A DNA stretch of 64,000 nucleotides from a virus (taxonomy: Duplodnaviria; Caudoviricetes), in the IMG/VR virus record IMGVR_UViG_3300037512_001142, positions 1-64,000 of that record, one strand, 5' to 3'. The translations under genes and the position numbers were made by a program. Below, piece by piece: positions 49,501 to 60,200 of the stretch. Numbering within the stretch: position 1 is the stretch's first letter; each line of letters opens with the position of its first letter. The notes below the pieces were generated by a model. That model saw only the letters and a program-made list of their open reading frames with translations. It made no database searches and was not told the DNA's origin.

Positions 49501-51120
49501 TTAGAATCCAAGGTCATCTCCGCCACCGGCTTCATCACCCTTATCACCGCCTTCAGCAGCGACAGCTTCAGCCTGTTCCTGCATCTGGCGAACTTCATTA
49601 TCCAACATCTTGCTGTTGAGAAGAATTTCCTGAGTAGACATACCAAGAATCTTTTCCATGAAGAACTGCTTGGAGAAGAGAGGACCAAGTTCGTCAGTAC
49701 CCTTAATATTTGTCGGAGTCGGCAAGAACTGAGAAAGGGTGTTAACGACACCGCCACGCTTTTCAGCCATGGCCAAATCACGCATACGCTCGAAGTCAGT
49801 TGCCGGATTCAAATCAATATTGTAAAGGGCCTTATCCAAGAACTTAGAAGGATAATTACGAACTTTCAAATGAACAAGGAAGACCTGAAGAATAATATCC
49901 GAGAATCTCTTACGGAGTCTGCGGTTCATACGCTGGAATGCAACTTCTTCAAGGTTAGAACCTTCAACACCCTGGTTATATGCAGCCTGACCAACTTCTT
50001 CAGCCTTCCAACGAGCCTGAGGAATTACGAGAGCGTCCATAACCATCTTCTGGAACATGTAGACGTCTTCGAGCTGGCCAGCGAATGTAGCACCGGAAGC
50101 AAACGGTTCAACAGTCGTACTATTACCAGAGTCATCCTTTGCGAAGAAGAAGTCTTCAGTCATAGCCTGAGTATTCTTCGTGGAGTTAATCATACCGGTA
50201 TGGTTATCGATTGTCAAATTCTTACGGTACTTTGCGCGGATTTCCTGCACATAAGCTGCAGCCTTGTCAGGAGGCATACGGCCTGCATAAATGTTAAAGA
50301 TACGCTTTTCAGTTGCACGTGTAATACGATAAACAGTCAAGGCGTCTTCAATATTCCTCAACTGGTTCAACGGGCGAATTGCAGGTTCCAAGTGTCCGCG
50401 AATATCGTTACGGTTCGACCATGGCTCACCGTAGTTTACGTATGCAATCTGGTTCGGGAGGAACTTCTTGATTTCATCGTTCTTTTCTTGCTGACGGTTC
50501 AAGAAGTTGATATTCTGAATGAATCCGTTAATATTGTCGGAATCACGGTCATAAATGGTGAGCATTGCCTGTGGGGCAAGCTGAACAATACCTGCAACCT
50601 TGTTGCCAGCATCGTTAAGGCAGATTTCCCAGAAAAGCTCAGCATCGATAAGCCACTTCTTGTAGTAGTTCCAGATGTTTTCCTTACCGATAACACATTC
50701 GACAATATAATCAAATTCCATCTTCAAGGCACTGAACTCAGTGTCAGTGAATGCGGACTTGAACGGCTCTGCAAGGTCGAATTTCGTAACGTTACCGTAG
50801 GAATCCGGACAAACGGCTTCATCGCTCATAATATTAAGACCCTTCTTAATCAAAGGGTACAATGCCATGGAACGATACCAGCTAATCTTCTGCCACTTGT
50901 TGGTGAAAAGGGTTTCAAATACAATATTGTTGGAGTCGTAAGGAGTTGCCGGGTCATAATATCCGTTATTATATCCATTAACTAAACGGTCCCATTCTAT
51001 GGTATCTTCACCACGACCATAAGAGTTTCGGGCCGCTTCAACTGAACGAATTTCATCATTCGACGGCTTCAGTTTTAAGAATTCATCGCTAAAAGGGTTA
51101 ATAAATTGTAGATTGAACAT
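49501..51120 (-). CDS. gp20: portal vertex protein
   Basis: QLRNIEDALTVYRITRATEKRIFNI..PPDKA..YV, EDFFF, FQKMV..ALVIPQAR. Confidence 0.95.
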   Translation of the reverse strand: MFNLQFINPFSDEFLKLKPSNDEIRSVEAARNSYGRGEDTIEWDRLVNGYNNGYYDPATPYDSNNIVFETLFTNKWQKISWYRSMALYPLIKKGLNIMSDEAVCPDSYGNVTKFDLAEPFKSAFTDTEFSALKMEFDYIVECVIGKENIWNYYKKWLIDAELFWEICLNDAGNKVAGIVQLAPQAMLTIYDRDSDNINGFIQNINFLNRQQEKNDEIKKFLPNQIAYVNYGEPWSNRNDIRGHLEPAIRPLNQLRNIEDALTVYRITRATEKRIFNIYAGRMPPDKAAAYVQEIRAKYRKNLTIDNHTGMINSTKNTQAMTEDFFFAKDDSGNSTTVEPFASGATFAGQLEDVYMFQKMVMDALVIPQARWKAEEVGQAAYNQGVEGSNLEEVAFQRMNRRLRKRFSDIILQVFLVHLKVRNYPSKFLDKALYNIDLNPATDFERMRDLAMAEKRGGVVNTLSQFLPTPTNIKGTDELGPLFSKQFFMEKILGMSTQEILLNSKMLDNEVRQMQEQAEAVAAEGGDKGDEAGGGDDLGF

Positions 51121-51210
51121 AGTTTTCCTTATCTTATAATCTCTATTATTTATAAAAAGACAAAGGCCTTATTGAAAACTATAAATATGTATAGATTAAA
51201 TAGGATAAAT

Positions 51211-54200
51211 ATGGATAATACAAGCATAACTTTCGAAGATCTATACTCAAACTACCTTTCAATGATTTCATCCGATAAACGTTTCAAGAATATCGGCTCT
51301 GCTACTCTGATAGGTATGTATCTTGAAATGTTAGCTGCAACTTCTGACATGGCCAGCTTCAATATTCAGAGAATGATTGAAGAAGGTTTCTTCAGAACTG
51401 CACGTCTTGATTCCAGCTTTATCAAGTTATGTAAAAACTGGGGCTATGCTCCTCGCCGTGCGGTTCCAGCACAGGGCGAACTTATCGTAGAATTACGAGG
51501 ACCATTCCCGAAAGAATTAAAGAATCTCCCTGCTGGAGAAACATTTACTATTGGCCTTGCAAATGACCAGTGTAAACTTTCGTTTTTGGATATGCCTTTC
51601 CGTCTTACAGACTCGCTGAAATATACTTTTTCTGAAAGCGATATTAAGAATTGTACGAATAGCACATGGTCCAAGCGATTCAAGAGTGTCAAAATTGACA
51701 GCTTGACCAATGAATTCGAACCGCTTGAATTAACAAGAGATCCTGTAAATAGTGCTACAAGATTTCCGATTAAATGCTACCAAGGCGAAATAAAAACTGT
51801 TGTCTTTAACGGTGAAGAATATATCACTGAGTTGAACAATACATATGAAAAAGGTTATCAGGAAAAACAAACAGACATTAACCTTGGCCAGCGTTTTGAT
51901 ATTAATGACCTGACTTTCAGTAACTGGTATGGTATTCGTGACCCGTTTGCTGTTAAATACAGAAGAAAGAATCTCGATAATTCATATTCTCCGAATAATG
52001 GTCTTACTCGTGTCTATACACGATTCAAGAACAGCTCAGATATGAAAATTTTTGACATTGAAGACCGTTCTATTTTGTTGAACAAGAAGATTCTCGAAAA
52101 CTTTGATGCTATTCCGACCGGAGATTCACGTCCGTGTATTTGTTGTATTGAGACAAATCCGGATAAGACTGTAAGCGTCAATTTCGGACCGTATTCTTAT
52201 CTTTCCCAGTTGGCTATCGAAGGTCGATACAACGATAAACTCGATATTACGGAATATCCTGATTTGTATATCGATTATCTTTCTACCAATGGTGCATTCG
52301 CAAATAAAAACGGTATTAAGGAAAGTAAGCTTACAAATAGCACAAAGCTCTACTTGCACACTTCCATCGGTGTCTTCGATATTACGAACAATATCAATTT
52401 CTTGTTCGCTGGAGACCTTATCGGTGGTGAAAACTTTGAAAGCAAGGAAGACATGTATGACAATGCAGAAGCCTATTGGACTTCTCAGTTAAAGCTTGTT
52501 TCCAAGCGCGACTTTATCAACTACTTCAATTCATTGACTTCTCCGATTGATGTTCTCTGTGCGCTTGTTTATGGTTTAAGAGAACTCGATACATCGTTTG
52601 AAGTCAACCAGTTTAAGAAACGAAAAGACCAGGTGTATGTCAATACAAAGGACATAAACCTTAACTATCTTTTCTATACTCTTGCAAGCCACATGTATAT
52701 AAACGTTGGTAAAAACGTTTATATGCCGCGAAATATTTTTGTAAAAGACAGCCAAGCCGAATGGATAAATGACGGTTTCGTTCCTGAAATTGACAACATG
52801 GAAAATCCGGCAACTATGTATTGTGATGAATACAATGCACATATTGCGGACTATATCAAGTCTCTCATTTCTCCAGAAGCATTCTACAATTACTATGCAC
52901 TTTTGACGACTCCTGGCACTGCTGAAGATAGTCAATTCCTCAAGAATATCCGTGAAGTTACAGAAAACATTAACCGTCTTACCCCGACCAATACTGTTGT
53001 CATGTCGCTTCCACCATTCCTGCATTACTATGACCTCGTTGGTACTATCGAAGTTGATGCGGGTACTACCGATCTTGAAGATTACAAGGAAAAGTTACAA
53101 ACAAAGATTTATAAGTATCTCGATACTCTCACTCTCGAGACTCGTGAAATTTATAAGTCGAACCTCATCAAGCTCTGCATGGATGAAGACCACGTTGTTA
53201 ATGCAAATCTTGACTTGAAGGTTTCCGATATTATTTCTCCTACATTCAGTCATAACTCCTGGAATGAAACCGACCAGCTCGCTGGTGTTCGTATCATTCT
53301 CAATATGGAAAAGTTGACTGACGCATACAAGGAATATAAGAATATCACCAACTATCCTAACGATTTGATTTTCAATGAAATCATTATTCCTAAGACAGAC
53401 TCCAACCAGAAGTGGTTTGATACGAACAATCTCACTGAAGAAAGCACGCTCTATATTGACTTTCAGTATTACGCCTACATCAGTGGTTATAACAAAAACA
53501 ATATCAAGAATACTGTAAGTCATGCCAGTAAGTTTACTTTCGAAAATGATCCGGATTCTAAATATATCAAGATTTTCCTTCATACGCCATACATCGGAAA
53601 ACAGAATATTCTTCCTCCGATTATGACTACGCACAAGATTTTCAATTCTACTACAAGTTATCTTGATAACTATGCTGCTGCTGAAGAAGAAATCGAAGCA
53701 CAGTTAAGGGCTGAACTCATTAAGTATAATGAAAATCCAGATACTTGTAAGATGTATAACATTCTTGCAGCTGATGGTGAAGGCGGTTTCAAGACTGTTG
53801 CTTCTTATGGCAACAACTACTGGTCTGATTCCAAGTATGAAGTTACTGAATCTCGTGCAACTGAATATGGATTATCACTTGACAAATTGAAAGAAGTCAA
53901 TGATACTATCGTTGAATGGATGAACGGATTACAGGTTCGTAATACTGCTGACCGTTCCATTGATTTACCTTATACTATCAAGTCCTTTGACATTGTAACG
54001 CGTTCTGAAACTATCATGCGTCGCGGCGACTTGATTACCAACCTCAACGATACTCTTTCCGAAAAGGGTTTCTGGAATTATCTCATAACCACAATCCTTA
54101 ACAAATACTATAATAACAGCATTACTGAAACAACTGAGATTTACAGTGATCCTTGGAAGAAGGCTGAACTCTTGATTATTGACCTTTACAAGTTATTTAA

Positions 54201-54318
54201 ACCAGGTATCACAGATTCTATCCTTGACGACAATAACAATGTTGTCAATTACTCCATGGACCAAGATATTGCAATAATCAGATGTAGATTTGATGTCAAA
54301 TACCAGAGCAGAACATAA
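51211..54318 (+). CDS. gp6: baseplate wedge subunit, gp6-like paralog A
   Basis: EEGFFRTARLDSS..NWGYAPRRAVPAQ, YLSTNG, GGENFES, LVSKRDF; start 51211 with AGGA SD. Confidence 0.8.
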   Translation: MDNTSITFEDLYSNYLSMISSDKRFKNIGSATLIGMYLEMLAATSDMASFNIQRMIEEGFFRTARLDSSFIKLCKNWGYAPRRAVPAQGELIVELRGPFPKELKNLPAGETFTIGLANDQCKLSFLDMPFRLTDSLKYTFSESDIKNCTNSTWSKRFKSVKIDSLTNEFEPLELTRDPVNSATRFPIKCYQGEIKTVVFNGEEYITELNNTYEKGYQEKQTDINLGQRFDINDLTFSNWYGIRDPFAVKYRRKNLDNSYSPNNGLTRVYTRFKNSSDMKIFDIEDRSILLNKKILENFDAIPTGDSRPCICCIETNPDKTVSVNFGPYSYLSQLAIEGRYNDKLDITEYPDLYIDYLSTNGAFANKNGIKESKLTNSTKLYLHTSIGVFDITNNINFLFAGDLIGGENFESKEDMYDNAEAYWTSQLKLVSKRDFINYFNSLTSPIDVLCALVYGLRELDTSFEVNQFKKRKDQVYVNTKDINLNYLFYTLASHMYINVGKNVYMPRNIFVKDSQAEWINDGFVPEIDNMENPATMYCDEYNAHIADYIKSLISPEAFYNYYALLTTPGTAEDSQFLKNIREVTENINRLTPTNTVVMSLPPFLHYYDLVGTIEVDAGTTDLEDYKEKLQTKIYKYLDTLTLETREIYKSNLIKLCMDEDHVVNANLDLKVSDIISPTFSHNSWNETDQLAGVRIILNMEKLTDAYKEYKNITNYPNDLIFNEIIIPKTDSNQKWFDTNNLTEESTLYIDFQYYAYISGYNKNNIKNTVSHASKFTFENDPDSKYIKIFLHTPYIGKQNILPPIMTTHKIFNSTTSYLDNYAAAEEEIEAQLRAELIKYNENPDTCKMYNILAADGEGGFKTVASYGNNYWSDSKYEVTESRATEYGLSLDKLKEVNDTIVEWMNGLQVRNTADRSIDLPYTIKSFDIVTRSETIMRRGDLITNLNDTLSEKGFWNYLITTILNKYYNNSITETTEIYSDPWKKAELLIIDLYKLFKPGITDSILDDNNNVVNYSMDQDIAIIRCRFDVKYQSRT

Positions 54319-54331
54319 GTATAAATAATGT

Positions 54332-57208
54332 ATGGATTATACAGAATTAACAACTGAACAACTTATAGACCGTTTTCGTGCATTCATGAAAAACAAGGAC
54401 TTCTTCGAAAAGATTAAGTCCAGTTGTTTTTATCCGAATTTTATCAAGATAATGAGTGATACTTGTGATCAGCTCAATTTCTATACCCAAAGAGCCGCTG
54501 AAGAACGTCTTATAGATACGTCCAAGATTAAATCCAATGTCATTAAGCATTGTGAAAATCTCGGATATGGTCCACGTCGTCCGATTCCGGCACAGGCAGA
54601 ACTTATTATTCAGTTAAAAGGTCCTTTCCCGGCAGAAATCAATAAACCGGGAACTGAAATTTTCTTTAATCAGAATACCATAGATTTGTCATTCTCGGAT
54701 ATGTCATTTATTCTTGACAGTAGCTATTCCTATGTTCTTACGAATGAAGATATTACATACTGTCATGAACCTGATTGGCAGAAAAATCTTATCAATGCTG
54801 TTCCGCATACAAACAGTGTTTATATGCCATTGCAGGGAATGAACTTTGTTAATTCTGAAAATGTAACTGCTATTAAATGTTTCCAGGGCGAGCGTGTAAC
54901 CTATAAGGTTGAAGGTCAATCAGTTCTCAATAAAATTGGAAAACCGCGTCAGTTCTTCAATATTCCAGATAAGACATTCTCTAACTGGTATGGCGAACGT
55001 GACCCGTATGCTTATAACGGTGACCGCAATTATGTTCAGAAGAACAGCTGGTGCCAGGTTGGTATCGGCGAAACCGAAGAAGATGCGCTCAGTGACGAAA
55101 ATATTTTTGACATTGAAACACATTCCATAAAGTTGAATAAGAAATACAGAAAGATTAGTCCTGAAACTTCTGATATTATCAAACAGAAACTTTATGAAAT
55201 CGTATCTCATCAGAAAAATCTCGACGTGAATTATTTCGAGCAGCAGATGAAAGAAATCGTTGCTCTTCAGTTGAGAATCTGTAAGATTACAACAAATCCA
55301 GATGAAACCGTTAAGGTCTCGTTTGGTCATGACCATAACGTTGTTAACGGTCTTATGAAGGCAGACGACAATTTCTATATTCGCTATATTTCCACTAATG
55401 GAAAGGCTGCAAACAGAAAGCACGTTGTAAATGCCAATATGACCGTAAAAACTCCGATTTATGCAAGTGTCAACGGTAACGTTATTGATATTAGTGCGAA
55501 CGTATCGTTTATCTTGAATTCCGATATTTATGGCGGTGACGATTTCGAATCCATTGCAAGTATGAAGGTCAATGGTCCTGCATATTATACAAGACGTAAT
55601 AAGTTGATTATGCTTCCTGACTTTGAAAACTACTTCGGTACGCTTACTGCCCCGATGTATGTTCATCATGCCTATGCTTCAGGTCAGCAGGAATTTGAAA
55701 AATCGCAGATAACTGCAAAAGAATATCCGTTATTACAGAATGTAATATCTTATTCTTTGATTGGTCGTCTTTATATCAAGAATGATGGTGATTACTATCC
55801 TCGTGATATTTTGAATGATGACGATATTTCAGAACCATATACTTTGTATGGTGCCGAATATCTTAACCACATTACAGACTACGTGAAATTCCTAATTTCT
55901 CCGGTCGGTTATTATCATCATCAGTATGCAAAGAATCCTACCGAACAGTGGATTAGAAACGTTCAGCTTATCCGTGAAAACTGTAAGGATAATTTGCCAG
56001 TCAACTCTACTATTCTGAGTTTGCCGCCGTTCTTGCATTACTATGACCTTGTTGGTACTGTCCGAGTAAATTCGACCGCAAACCTTCAAGAATACAATAC
56101 GAGAATGAAAAACAAGGTTTACAAATTCCTTGACGATTCTCTACGTGCTACAAAGAAGGTTTATAAGGCTGATATTATCAAGCTCTATACAGATGATCCT
56201 GATACGTTAAGTATTGACGCAGATATTAAGGTATCTGATGTTATCAAGTCTCCTGAGTTGGAATACGAATGGAGCAATCAAATGAATAATACCACATACG
56301 TTGCTTATCTCGATAAAACTCTACAGACCTACACAGACGCAATCGCGGAATACAATGCTACTCATCCAAGTTCTAAGTTGGTTAATGGTGCCGATATTAC
56401 ATGGATGACAAATCCGTTCAATGTCATTCAGTTGCCTAAAACTGACCTTTATGGTAAACAGTTGTTTGACAAAACCGTTAACGGTATCAATGTCAAGATG
56501 ACTTATTCGTTCTACGGTAAAAATACAAAAAACACCTATCATAATACGGTTATGACTCATTGTAATGCTACGGAATTTACAGATGAAAATAATAACACGT
56601 TCATAAGACTTGAATTGCCGATGGTTTATCAGTCGACTTCGAGATTTATCACAACAAATCCGGCCGGTTATGAATTAGTCTATACCAAGCTTGTTATTCC
56701 GAGCTACAATGATTTGGCTTCGACTTCGCAGTTGGATTCTCTGAAGATTAACACGTATAAGCTCAAAAACAATACAGACCTTAAGAACATCAAGTCATTA
56801 GTAAAACAGTGGCTTGAACATGGTCGTTTGAGCCGTAGTGCTGAACGTGCAATACGCCTGCCATACCGAGTGACAATATTCAATGATGATACTGACGCAC
56901 GTGAAGAAGAAATCATGCGTAAAGGTAATATAATCGGTGAACACGATTATACAATTTCAGAAGCTTCATTCTGGAACTATATCGCCTGTGAAAAAATCAT
57001 TAAGCAATATTATCCAGATATTGACGAATACACACATCCCACAAACGAATACTGGGTTGGTGCATCTCAGCTTCTCTATGACCTCTATGTTTTGGTCAAG
57101 GCAAGTATTGATGACTCCGTTCTCGACGATAACAACAACATCACCAATTTCTCGTTGGAACAAGAAGGTGCTGTCGTTATCAATAAACTCAATGTAATTC
57201 AATACTAA
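54332..57208 (+). CDS. gp6: baseplate wedge subunit, gp6-like paralog B
   Basis: EERLIDTSKIKSN..NLGYGPRRPIPAQ, YISTNG, GGDDFES; TATAAATA-ATGT-ATG. Confidence 0.8.
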   Translation: MDYTELTTEQLIDRFRAFMKNKDFFEKIKSSCFYPNFIKIMSDTCDQLNFYTQRAAEERLIDTSKIKSNVIKHCENLGYGPRRPIPAQAELIIQLKGPFPAEINKPGTEIFFNQNTIDLSFSDMSFILDSSYSYVLTNEDITYCHEPDWQKNLINAVPHTNSVYMPLQGMNFVNSENVTAIKCFQGERVTYKVEGQSVLNKIGKPRQFFNIPDKTFSNWYGERDPYAYNGDRNYVQKNSWCQVGIGETEEDALSDENIFDIETHSIKLNKKYRKISPETSDIIKQKLYEIVSHQKNLDVNYFEQQMKEIVALQLRICKITTNPDETVKVSFGHDHNVVNGLMKADDNFYIRYISTNGKAANRKHVVNANMTVKTPIYASVNGNVIDISANVSFILNSDIYGGDDFESIASMKVNGPAYYTRRNKLIMLPDFENYFGTLTAPMYVHHAYASGQQEFEKSQITAKEYPLLQNVISYSLIGRLYIKNDGDYYPRDILNDDDISEPYTLYGAEYLNHITDYVKFLISPVGYYHHQYAKNPTEQWIRNVQLIRENCKDNLPVNSTILSLPPFLHYYDLVGTVRVNSTANLQEYNTRMKNKVYKFLDDSLRATKKVYKADIIKLYTDDPDTLSIDADIKVSDVIKSPELEYEWSNQMNNTTYVAYLDKTLQTYTDAIAEYNATHPSSKLVNGADITWMTNPFNVIQLPKTDLYGKQLFDKTVNGINVKMTYSFYGKNTKNTYHNTVMTHCNATEFTDENNNTFIRLELPMVYQSTSRFITTNPAGYELVYTKLVIPSYNDLASTSQLDSLKINTYKLKNNTDLKNIKSLVKQWLEHGRLSRSAERAIRLPYRVTIFNDDTDAREEEIMRKGNIIGEHDYTISEASFWNYIACEKIIKQYYPDIDEYTHPTNEYWVGASQLLYDLYVLVKASIDDSVLDDNNNITNFSLEQEGAVVINKLNVIQY

Positions 57209-57229
57209 TCGTTTCGATTTTTATTAATT

Positions 57230-57258
57230 AAAAAACCTACTCTTTTGAGTAGGTTTTT
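57230..57258. terminator. bidirectional terminator
   Basis: AAAAAACCTACTC-TTTT-GAGTAGGTTTTT. Confidence 0.85.
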
Positions 57259-57278
57259 ATTTTTGAGATACATAAGGA

Positions 57279-60200
57279 TTAGATTATGTAATATCCATCC
57301 GGATCCATCTGGCTGAGCGACGGAATTTCGTTTGCACGATACAACGTAATTTCGCCAGGTCTTGTTGTGTTACCACCAGAAACATAGTTGCCACTCGGAG
57401 CAGAAGTTTCGCCAGCAGTACCAGAACCCGGAGCAGTGCCTTCATAAACAGGAATACTCGGAACCCAATCACTGAAGAATACGTTATCGTTGAACTCTTC
57501 GAGCGGAATAGAACCACGGTATCTGATACTCAAGGCTTCTTCACGTTCGTGAGCTTCATAAGCAGAATAGGTATATGTAATCTTCTTACAAACGTAGTTA
57601 GTGTCCATAGAAGCAGGTGTCCAAACAGTCATCTGGTGAGAAGCACCGGCAGAAGCATAAGGACCAACGTAATAATACTTAAGCTTACAGTTCTGAGCCG
57701 GAATATAACGAGGAGCCTGACCAGCATAACGATACCAAGGCATAACCTTGTTAACGAATGCCCATCTATGTCTAATGGTATTACCAACTTCAGTGTCATA
57801 CTTCAAGTTTCTAATCAAGATATTGATTTCAGAAGGAATTTGCTTACCGAAGAGAAGTTCATTACTTGCACTCAAAGCATTCTGGGTAAGAGAACCACTT
57901 ACAGCAGTTGCAGCACTGAATTCCAATCCCTTATTACCGGTATAGTTATATAAGTCAACACATTCGAAGAGATGGTTAGCAAATGTAATCTTATCCAAGT
58001 TATTGAAGTTGTTCGGCATACCAACGGTATTAGCAACATAGAATCGACCGTTACTGTCAAGATCAACGGCAATAGTCCACTTACCACCGTCAGCATTAAC
58101 AGCATTCGGAATAAGTTCACCAGTAACGTCACCGTTACGGTCACGGAAGATAATACCAGTCGGGTCGATAGTAACAGACTTACCGAAATCATTAGAAACA
58201 ATGTTAGAACCGGCGTCATGACCATCGTCACAGTTACGGAATATCATCTTACCCTGGTGGGCATAGAATTCAAGAGCATTGTAACAGGTTTCACCAGACT
58301 TGTTAGCACCATCGCCACGAACACGGTCAATAGTCTGGTGCATAGTTTCGATTGTTTCAAGTTCTGGTTCTGTATATTCCCTATCACCCTGAATGAATGT
58401 AGTACCATTGAAGTGACCGCAACCGTAGATAATATCTGCCGGAACGTCCTTATTGTACTTACCCATCAAAACCTGGTGTTCGTAAGTAGAAGCCTTACAA
58501 TATTCACCACCAAGAATAACCGTATTCTTACCACCGATAAACTTATTGTGGTGACCACCAACAATATTAGAATTAGTCGGCTTAATAGAAGTCTTGAACA
58601 AGGTGAAGTTCTGGCTTTCAAACGGTGCATTCTGCACGTATGCGGTAGAACGCTTTGTCTTCAACGATGTGGTGTATTCACCCATGTTAAGTTCAGAACC
58701 AAAGCTGTTCATGAACATGAGTTTCAAACGAACCATATCAACCGGACGAGAAGTAGATTTTAACGTTTCTGCGCCGTTCTTATAGGATGCACCCTTAAGG
58801 CCCTTAATACTGAAGTCAGAACCATAGAATTCACCATAGTAAATAGAATCAAGTTCGCTCGTACTTCCCATAGCATTAGAAGTACCGACAAGACCAACAG
58901 CGTTATCAGCATAATTGGAAGTACCGACAATACGAGTATATTCGGAATGCCAAAGATAAACGTCACGAGCATTGAAAATCTTAGACTTGCTGGAGTTAAT
59001 AACTGTAGAACCCTTAACACGGACCGGACCACGGCTCGTTGCATTATCATCAGATTGCAACTTATAAGAGTCAACGATGAAGTTATTAGAACAAGAGAAC
59101 AAATCAAAATATTCACCGCGGAAAATGATATTATTATTGGACTGTACGTCAGACTTAATCGGACGTTCTGCAGCGTCTATGCTACCAAGAGGCAAGCCCT
59201 TGACACCAAGGAATCGAGAACGCATGATAGAGTTCTGGTCAGATTCAGAAATATTACAAGTATAGTTATCATATACGCCGTTGAAATACGACTTATAAAG
59301 TGTACCCCAACGAGAACCAAGAATCATATCATCGTAAGAACCACGCAATGTGACATTCTTAGCATTGAACATCATAGCTTCCTTGGTATCTTCAAGAAGT
59401 ACGTTAGAAGTACAACCAAGGAGCAAGGAGTTGAAAGCCTGTCCAGAGAACGAGTTATCCTTAGACTTAATCAAAACGTTCTCATAGGAGTTTCCGCTAA
59501 ATCCATTACAATGCGATGCAATAACTACGAAATTGTTAGAATTTTCAGTAGCACTGTTAGCATTAGAATTGATGAATGTATTATTGTGGCTATTTACAAT
59601 GTTAACATCAGAGAACAATAACTTATTATTATTGGCATTACTGATTTTGTTGCTCTGTGCGCCATACAATCTGTTAGCATTACCACCACTCAGGATGTTA
59701 TCATTAGAATCGAACAGAATGCTATTCGAAGTACCCTGAGAAAGGTCGTTTCTATTAGAATTATAGAATGCGTTATCATTATTCGAAGCACCCTGTCTAA
59801 TAGTGTTATCATCAGAATTAAACAATACGTTCGGCGCATTGTAGTTCGGGTCTGTAATTCTGTTAAATTCAGAGAAGATCAAATGGTCTTTTGCATAACC
59901 GTTAATCTTGTTATCAAGACCGAACATATCAACTGCAATCTTGTCATTTTCAGGAACATGACCAAACTTGAAAATAGGCGCATCCGCAGAAGTAATGGAT
60001 TCTGTGAACAACTTATACGGGTCACGACCTTCGCACTTAACAGTCATACCGACTGAGTATGCCGTAACGTCTTCATTAAGAGCAGAAGTTGTATGAACTG
60101 AAGTCATCAAAATCTGCGGAACATATTCCTTACCTTCATCCGGGAATTTATTGATAGGATGAATAAGAGCTGCAGCATTGAACTGATTTTCTGCGTCATC

